Of a stretch of DNA of 64,000 bases, positions 57,690-64,000 are shown one piece after another. The translations under genes were made by a program, and so were the position numbers. Positions within the stretch are counted from its first letter, which is position 1. Each line of letters starts with the position of its first letter. The stretch is from a virus (lineage: Duplodnaviria; Caudoviricetes), in IMG/VR virus record IMGVR_UViG_3300021254_000020, positions 32,001-96,000 of that record; one strand, 5' to 3'. Below the pieces are notes generated by a model that saw nothing but the letters and a program-made list of their open reading frames with translations, ran no database searches and was not told the origin of the DNA.

Positions 57690-57754
57690 TTATTGTGATG
57701 TGCTAGATAAAAAAGAAAATGGGAGGTTAGTCCCATTTTCTCTTATTTTGAATT

Positions 57755-58729
57755 TTAGAAATTGTGCGCCTTTTTAAACTCTTTGTACAACATAGTAGCA
57801 ATATTAAATGCAGAAGCATATGTACTATGCAGACTCATCTTTCCATTTTGATGACACATAAACATTCCAACCTGACCAGTCAGATGATTTAGTTCTTCGC
57901 TACGTTTATTTCTCCATTCTTGGGGATGAGTAATATAAGTAAGTTCACTAGTACAGTTTCTTGGAATACAATTAACTTCATACTTGCCATATTTCATACT
58001 AAAGGTAACTGCTACAATGATTTTCTTATTATCTGGAACAGCTTTATTATATTCAAAGATTCTGTTCAGATAGTCATACGTTGGCAATACAACTATCCCA
58101 TTTCCCTGATAGCGCACAATATCATTTTCAAAATATGATATAATATTTCTAGATGCATTGTATCCTTGATAATATCTATCTAAAATCACAGAATACATTT
58201 CCACCGCTTTCTTAAACATACTGTTTTGTAATTCATTATTCTCTTCCTCTACGAAAGTTGGATTCATTAGAGTTATAAAATTATGAGCATTAGGCTTAAC
58301 AGAATACGATTGTGCATTCTGACCACAGTCAGCTGCAGATAACCCATACACCCACTCCTCTAATAGATAATTATACCAGTTAGTCATAGATTTGCTGGTA
58401 TTGCTAAACATCCAATCTAGTAACATAGCGCAAGAGCATTTTCTAATTCCATTAGGATATGTTTCCGTTTTCCCATGATGATCAAAAATCAGTTTCCCTT
58501 CAAGTTCTGGGAAACCATTACCGACGTCTACAATAATATCGCATTTAGATAACATTTCCGGGTTTCTAGATCTTACTACAGTAACCTTCTTTGCAGGCTC
58601 AATGTGAGTCTTAATAAGGGCTACTGATAAAACGTCATCGGCATGCATTCTACCATCATGAGTCCCTACTGTAATAGTATCCTTATCCGTTAATTCCATA
58701 AACTTATCTAATTGAATACTTACTGCCAT
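57755..58729 (-). CDS. MYG1 (UPF0160) family DHH-type exonuclease/hydrolase
   Basis: THDGRMHADDV, DIIVDVG, FDHH and MCHQNG motifs. Confidence 0.85.
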   Translation of the reverse strand: MAVSIQLDKFMELTDKDTITVGTHDGRMHADDVLSVALIKTHIEPAKKVTVVRSRNPEMLSKCDIIVDVGNGFPELEGKLIFDHHGKTETYPNGIRKCSCAMLLDWMFSNTSKSMTNWYNYLLEEWVYGLSAADCGQNAQSYSVKPNAHNFITLMNPTFVEEENNELQNSMFKKAVEMYSVILDRYYQGYNASRNIISYFENDIVRYQGNGIVVLPTYDYLNRIFEYNKAVPDNKKIIVAVTFSMKYGKYEVNCIPRNCTSELTYITHPQEWRNKRSEELNHLTGQVGMFMCHQNGKMSLHSTYASAFNIATMLYKEFKKAHNF

Positions 58730-58756
58730 AATTAATATCCTCCCCAGTCGTTATAC

Positions 58757-59368
58757 TTAGATTAAAATTGGACTAATTTGTCTTTTCTTAGCGAATTGAT
58801 ATCTTTTAACCAAGTTCTCCCCACTGACCTGATTAATAAATTCCTCTATAGTCTGATTCCCCTTATTGAGAGGATTATATCTATAAACAGATACAGTGTC
58901 TATGAACATACATGGTTTAGATATTTCATTTACATACCAATCTACCATCTCCTTTTCTCCTTTAGAAAATTCAAATTGACGAGGTTGCATATGCAAGTGA
59001 GTCTCTAAAGCAAAAGTTCTCATATCAGTTTTATAACTAAGCCAACTATAAGTAGATATGATCTTATCTTGTAATTTGAGACAAACTAGATATGCTGAGT
59101 ATTCGTTGTTCCTTAACTTAGTTTTGGTATTTAGTTTATACTGAGGAAACATTGAATCAAAGATAAATGATGCTAATATGGTTTTGTCTAAGCTATTACC
59201 ACACTCCTTCTCCAATGACTCTTCTGGATCTAGAACTGTGTCATATGCTCCTAAGATCCTTGTAGTTCTCTTTTCTTCCCTAGGTTTAATAGTGTACCTG
59301 AAGAAAGATACTAGCTTTTTCAATGACGTAATGTCATCTACCTCTAGTTTTTGTTTACTCATAGTCAA
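58757..59368 (-). CDS. Degenerate transglutaminase-like domain protein
   Basis: LDPEESLEKECGNSLDK aligns with MDPRDTIRICLGVCWDF of 61696-64000; catalytic Cys replaced by Ser. Confidence 0.5.
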   Translation of the reverse strand: MTMSKQKLEVDDITSLKKLVSFFRYTIKPREEKRTTRILGAYDTVLDPEESLEKECGNSLDKTILASFIFDSMFPQYKLNTKTKLRNNEYSAYLVCLKLQDKIISTYSWLSYKTDMRTFALETHLHMQPRQFEFSKGEKEMVDWYVNEISKPCMFIDTVSVYRYNPLNKGNQTIEEFINQVSGENLVKRYQFAKKRQISPILI

Positions 59369-59434
59369 TCCCCCTAAATAGAATATAATAATGGTAGAGG
59401 AGTTAGAACTCCTCTCACCTATATAGTATATAAT

Positions 59435-59866
59435 TCAGAGATTATTTTGAAGTTGCTTTTGGAATATGAATTGATGAGTCGATTGACTCTTTAGTTCAAA
59501 TCCATATGAGTTTGCTGTAGCTATGCTAGCAGTATTAGTTTTCTCTACTCTATACTGCATAGCACTATATCCTTTTTGAGTTAGATTAGCTTCTGCCTTT
59601 TTCAGTAATTCTTTAGTAATCCCTTGATGTCTATGCTGATTTCCTACTGCTAGTATAAGGAAAGCTATTCTGGAAGAATTACCTCGACCAGTCTTAAGAT
59701 TATAAGCATCTATAAATCCTACTGGAATTCCGTCAACCTTCTTGACGTATCTATATGCTAAATTGGGGCTATCTACATACTGCCCCTTAGGAGACACTAA
59801 TTTCTTCTCTTCTGGAGTTAATCCATTCCATACCTCTAGTGCGTCTTTATAACCTGCTGATGCCAT
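59435..59866 (-). CDS. GNAT acetyltransferase
   Basis: LAVGNQHRHQGITKELL motif A and NTASIA motif B. Confidence 0.85.
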   Translation of the reverse strand: MASAGYKDALEVWNGLTPEEKKLVSPKGQYVDSPNLAYRYVKKVDGIPVGFIDAYNLKTGRGNSSRIAFLILAVGNQHRHQGITKELLKKAEANLTQKGYSAMQYRVEKTNTASIATANSYGFELKSQSTHQFIFQKQLQNNL

Positions 59867-59883
59867 ATTAATCTACTTCCTTT

Positions 59884-60147
59884 CTAATTCATTGGTGGTA
59901 TATCCCCAGAATAATCATACCATATATAGAGATTATCATATTCTATTTCTGATTGTTTATTTACTATATCTTTTATCATGTTACTCATATGCTCTATAGA
60001 ATTACATGATGTCATTATTACTGTTAATAATCTTACCTCATTCTGTAGTTTAATCTTTAATAGTATTGGATAAATGAATTTGTCCTTTTTAGGCAGATTA
60101 CTTTCTAGTAACTCTTTTAAAACCTCTCTACGTTTCTCATAATCCAT
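59884..60147 (-). CDS. Small protein, tandem paralog 3
   Basis: LKELLESNLPKKDKF.YP...IKDIVNKQS shared with the two neighbours. Confidence 0.75.
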   Translation of the reverse strand: MDYEKRREVLKELLESNLPKKDKFIYPILLKIKLQNEVRLLTVIMTSCNSIEHMSNMIKDIVNKQSEIEYDNLYIWYDYSGDIPPMN

Positions 60148-60177
60148 ATCATAATCTCCTTTCTAATCCATTGATAA

Positions 60178-60426
60178 TTACTTCCCCAAGAAACCACAAT
60201 ATATCTCGAGACTATTAACATCTATATCTGATTGTTTATTAACTATATCTTCTATAATGTTATACATATGCCCTATAGTATTAGATGATGATACTTTTGT
60301 TAATAATAATCTTGCCTCATGTCGTAGCCTAATCCTTACTAATACTGGATAAGCAAATTTATCACTCTCAGGAAGATTACTCTTTAGTAACTCTTTCAAG
60401 ACCTCTCTACTTTTCTCATCACTCAT
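60178..60426 (-). CDS. Small protein, tandem paralog 2
   Basis: LKELLKSNLPESDKFAYP...IEDIVNKQS. Confidence 0.75.
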   Translation of the reverse strand: MSDEKSREVLKELLKSNLPESDKFAYPVLVRIRLRHEARLLLTKVSSSNTIGHMYNIIEDIVNKQSDIDVNSLEIYCGFLGK

Positions 60427-60718
60427 ATTTATCTACTTCCTTTCTATTCCATTGACATATGTTTCCACACCAGTCAAACCATATATAAAGACTATCAAAA
60501 CTTATAGCCGACTGTTTATCTACTATATCTTTTATTATTTTATGCATATGCCACATTGAATTACAGGATGATTCAGCTCTAATTAGCAATGAAACCTCTA
60601 TCTTCAATCTAATAGATACTATTACTGGGCATGAGAATTTATCTTTATTGGGGAGATTATCCTCTAATAACTTTCTTAAAGTTTCTTTAGATTCACTGAA
60701 ACTGCTCATCGTATACAT
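60419..60718 (-). CDS. Small protein, tandem paralog 1
   Basis: LRKLLEDNLPNKDKFSCP...IKDIVDKQS. Confidence 0.75.
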   Translation of the reverse strand: MYTMSSFSESKETLRKLLEDNLPNKDKFSCPVIVSIRLKIEVSLLIRAESSCNSMWHMHKIIKDIVDKQSAISFDSLYIWFDWCGNICQWNRKEVDKYE

Positions 60719-60730
60719 ACTTCCTTTCTA

Positions 60731-61633
60731 TTAATATACTATAGGAATCATAATATAACCAGTAGTTTCCTCTGGTGTTTCCACTAAATGGAAACGTTCT
60801 ATTAACTCTGGTTTTTCTTCTAACAGTTTAGTCTTTATTACTAGCAATCGTCTATCATAACTAACCACATATGATTCCTCTAACTCATTGTATGCTGAGT
60901 TTTGTAATACTATTTCAGTATTACCAAAAGGAGTATCTACTTTGACTTTATGATTTATTCCTGGAACAGCAAATGCCTCTTCCTCTCCCCAGTATCGTTT
61001 ATCTACTTTAGTTCCCCAAGTGTCTTTAGATTCTACTACTTCTTTCCCTAGTAGAAGATTTATCACTTCTGTCTTAGTAGATAGAGTAACCAGCTTCTCA
61101 GGAGTCAATACGTCTGTATTTTCTATAAGAGTATAGGAATATGTAGCAGTATCTGGATAATAGGATAAGAAGAATTTATCATCATATGCGTTCTTAGCTA
61201 GTATCTTATCCCTTAATCTCTTAGTAGCATACTCAAATCCCTTTAAGCATACCCAATCTTCATAATCAGTTAGATAGAAGATATTGGTATCACTATTACT
61301 CCAATTAAGAGGGCAATAGATGAACCATTGATCCTTATTCTCAAAGAGTACGAATAGTTGATAGTCGTATCCTTTGGTATACAGTCTCTCCCTCATTCCT
61401 AGATCTACTTTGACTAGTAACAGTTTAGTAGGTAGCTTAAGATAATCTAGGAATCTCTTAAAGAGAATAGCCTGATCTACTGTAGTGGTACATCTATCCT
61501 TCACCACTTGTCCAGGAAGTCGTAATTCATCTGACCTACTGAAGTCAGTTACTAGTTTGATATTTATTGCCTTTAGTCTGACAGCCAACTCGGCTGGATT
61601 AGAGCACTTCATAAATAATTGTTTAATACTCAT
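60731..61633 (-). CDS. Degenerate transglutaminase-like domain protein
   Basis: LRLPGQVVKDRCTTTVDQAIL parallels the P..(I/V)....G.CWD.A motif. Confidence 0.45.
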   Translation of the reverse strand: MSIKQLFMKCSNPAELAVRLKAINIKLVTDFSRSDELRLPGQVVKDRCTTTVDQAILFKRFLDYLKLPTKLLLVKVDLGMRERLYTKGYDYQLFVLFENKDQWFIYCPLNWSNSDTNIFYLTDYEDWVCLKGFEYATKRLRDKILAKNAYDDKFFLSYYPDTATYSYTLIENTDVLTPEKLVTLSTKTEVINLLLGKEVVESKDTWGTKVDKRYWGEEEAFAVPGINHKVKVDTPFGNTEIVLQNSAYNELEESYVVSYDRRLLVIKTKLLEEKPELIERFHLVETPEETTGYIMIPIVY

Positions 61634-61695
61634 TTTATTTCCTCCTAAAATAAAATAGAGAGCGCATTATAGCGCTCTCTTACTTAAACGTCGTA

Positions 61696-64000
61696 TTACT
61701 TCTTATCTTCTACAAGACAGTTGATATCCATATCCAAGAAGGATCTATCTATTTCAGGAATAAATTCCTCTTTCATGAATTGGATCCGTCTATAATCTTT
61801 TAGATACTTCTTGAATAAGGACTTGTGTTCTTTAGATAATATCCCTTCTACCTGCTCATACGTATAGAAATGGCCTTTAGTCATCTCGTCTTGTTGATCC
61901 ATCTTCTTAACGTATGACTTGTATTCCTGCTTGTATTCTCCAGTACAGATAAAGGTCATTGATCCATCATAATATATCCCTTCTGGATGAAGAATAACCT
62001 TATGCCATTCTGGGATCTTATCATAGATATGCTGCACCTCTACTCCAGTATATACTACGTTGGTAGGAATAATACGAGCCTCTTCTTTACATTCTCTAGA
62101 AGCAGTCTCTTCTATTCCCTCTTGAGGATCATCAATACCTCCTCCAGGAAGTTTGTAAGTAACTCCATATTGGTTAACCTTATTCTGTTTAACCAGATAC
62201 AGTTTACCTTCTTTGAATAACAGCATCTCCGCTCTTACTCTCCAGTTCTTACCATCCTTATGGAGTATAAGCTGAGGAGTTGATTTAGCATTCCTCTTAG
62301 GTTCACCATTATTATAAGTATAATGGCATTGTTTAATCTCACACTTATACGGTAACTTAGAGGAGGTTATTTCATTAGAAGTAATTGAGGTGGATTCTCT
62401 CATAGGTTGAATCTTACAAGGTATAGGAAACTCAGGAGATACTTTCATTAATCTAGAAGTATTGCATTTATAAATATGCTTCATAAACTCTAATGGTTCT
62501 AATCCATATCTTCTTACAGGAAGATACTTAATGACTATACCTCCACGTAGTTTATTACCTTTCCTAGATTCGTTCTCTCTTTGGGCCTTATCATAGAATT
62601 CTATTATTTCCATTTCAGAATTGAATTCTCTTATACCTTGATACTTGAACCAAGATGATTCGAATAGATATACCTTATCATTCTCCATATAAGCTAGCCA
62701 AGTGTGAGTAGGAGACATTCCTTTGGAATCATCATGCTCCATATAGTATAGAGAATAGGTTCCGTTCTTTAAGGATTTATTGGTTATCTTATATTTACCT
62801 CTGAATAGCTTATCGAATAGATAAGCCTCAGTTTCAGCAAAGTCCCAGCACACTCCAAGACAAATCCTGATAGTATCACGTGGATCCATAGTGGTATATT
62901 CATTGAAATCACTAGGATCTATGTATACTTCTCCTTCTTTTGAGAAGTAACCATATCTAAACCCATTCATGATATTATTAAGATCTTTAGGAGAATGAAC
63001 GTTGTTCTTCAGATAATACATGTTCTTAGCATAATTATCAATATACAACCCATTAGATAATCGTGATTCTGCTATTAGCATATTCGTTTCCTCTTTAACT
63101 ACATTTCTATTTACTATTACTTGATACTTATCTTTATAGACGATATCTTTATTATATATCTTGGTTTTAGATACTTTGATATATCTATCGTCTAATATAT
63201 TACAGAATATCTTTCTAGTCTTATCCCAAAAATGAGAGAATCCATCTTTAGTAAAATACGACTCATATCCTTTAGCGTATTCTGGAGGTTTGGGTAACCA
63301 ATTAATATTCGGATTAGTTAGTATCTCTTTCCATTCCTCTTTAGATACTGCCTTTTTAACAGCTTGGTATATTCCCTCTCCTTTGTAAGTTATCCGATAG
63401 TATACATTACTATCTTTTATATTACAATCTTCGAATATAGAACCTATCTTATCATACAATAATCCAAACTTTTTCTTTATAGTGTTCTTCATCGAATCTA
63501 TAAACGTATAATTAGTGACTTTATTATCGTATGGTAATTTTAGTGTGTTTAAGAAAGGCTCGTCATCTTGATGAATATCATGTCTTCCATAATACTTGTC
63601 ATAAGCCTTATACTGTTCTGCACTGGTACAATAATATGCATCGGTCACGTGAGAGAAGAACCCAGTAGAATATTTTTGCTTTATGTTTACCTTGATTCTA
63701 AATAAAAACATTTTCTTGTACGATTCCATTACTTCTTTTTCAGATTTAAATGGACCAAATAGTCCCATGTTTGGTCCTTCTCCATAGTCGCACACATACC
63801 ATCCAGTACCTGATTTACACACATTAACTATATGACCCATGCACCACCATCTAAGACCATCATTATCTGTAGCTGGTTCTGCAAATACAGCTATACGATA
63901 AATATTGGCTGGAATGTTTTTCTTTTTGCAGAAATAGTAGAAGAATATGGCATGATCCCAACAATTACCTTCAAATGTTTTCAAGATATCATCAGGCCAA
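61696..64000 (-). CDS. Multidomain protein: two transglutaminase-like (Cys-His) domains + NUDIX hydrolase; 5' end off the window
   Basis: GNCWDHA...GHIV and GVCWDFAE...THTW; Nudix box GGGIDDPQEGIEETASRECKEEA; frame is open beyond 63984 to the window edge. Confidence 0.75.
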   Translation of the reverse strand, partial: WPDDILKTFEGNCWDHAIFFYYFCKKKNIPANIYRIAVFAEPATDNDGLRWWCMGHIVNVCKSGTGWYVCDYGEGPNMGLFGPFKSEKEVMESYKKMFLFRIKVNIKQKYSTGFFSHVTDAYYCTSAEQYKAYDKYYGRHDIHQDDEPFLNTLKLPYDNKVTNYTFIDSMKNTIKKKFGLLYDKIGSIFEDCNIKDSNVYYRITYKGEGIYQAVKKAVSKEEWKEILTNPNINWLPKPPEYAKGYESYFTKDGFSHFWDKTRKIFCNILDDRYIKVSKTKIYNKDIVYKDKYQVIVNRNVVKEETNMLIAESRLSNGLYIDNYAKNMYYLKNNVHSPKDLNNIMNGFRYGYFSKEGEVYIDPSDFNEYTTMDPRDTIRICLGVCWDFAETEAYLFDKLFRGKYKITNKSLKNGTYSLYYMEHDDSKGMSPTHTWLAYMENDKVYLFESSWFKYQGIREFNSEMEIIEFYDKAQRENESRKGNKLRGGIVIKYLPVRRYGLEPLEFMKHIYKCNTSRLMKVSPEFPIPCKIQPMRESTSITSNEITSSKLPYKCEIKQCHYTYNNGEPKRNAKSTPQLILHKDGKNWRVRAEMLLFKEGKLYLVKQNKVNQYGVTYKLPGGGIDDPQEGIEETASRECKEEARIIPTNVVYTGVEVQHIYDKIPEWHKVILHPEGIYYDGSMTFICTGEYKQEYKSYVKKMDQQDEMTKGHFYTYEQVEGILSKEHKSLFKKYLKDYRRIQFMKEEFIPEIDRSFLDMDINCLVEDKK

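Noticed and set aside
1-64000. Alternative genetic code (stop-codon reassignment), tRNA or rRNA genes
   Set aside because: Long genes are intact in code 11 with TAA, TAG and TGA all used as stops; no cloverleaf/T-loop or rRNA-like sequence was noticed by eye.

Overview
AT-rich, densely coding 64 kb segment of a jumbo myophage of the phiKZ/AR9 type. The genetic code is standard and the strong AGGAGG ribosome-binding sites suggest a Firmicute host (inference). Recognisable genes include a split RNA polymerase beta' subunit carrying the DFDGD catalytic motif, a probable major capsid protein, a T4 gp21-like prohead protease, a GroEL-like chaperonin, a primase, thymidylate kinase (truncated), a gp25-like baseplate protein, two HNH endonucleases, a PD-(D/E)XK nuclease, an M15 peptidase, and radical SAM, MYG1, GNAT, PC4/YdbC and transglutaminase-like/NUDIX proteins. 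Two promoter classes can be read directly from the DNA: TATAYTAT-N4-RTG (early-like) and ACA-N6-TA(A/G) (late-like). The most striking unexplained feature is three dispersed non-coding arrays (9414-9650, 14702-14980, 53692-54183; about 29 units) with ~36-nt period. Each unit is YCAAT-N10-A(A/C)TG plus a second variable segment, and each array follows the direction of local transcription. This resembles a TIGR-type dual-spacer guide-RNA array, but no recognisable Nop/Tas gene is in the window. Other findings are several promoter-driven structured ncRNA candidates, a twice-occurring covarying 5' leader, a probable -1 frameshift in a tail/baseplate assembly gene, and a 58-aa protein sharing a 12-residue peptide with the capsid protein. 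All calls come from motif reading only; no database searches were run.
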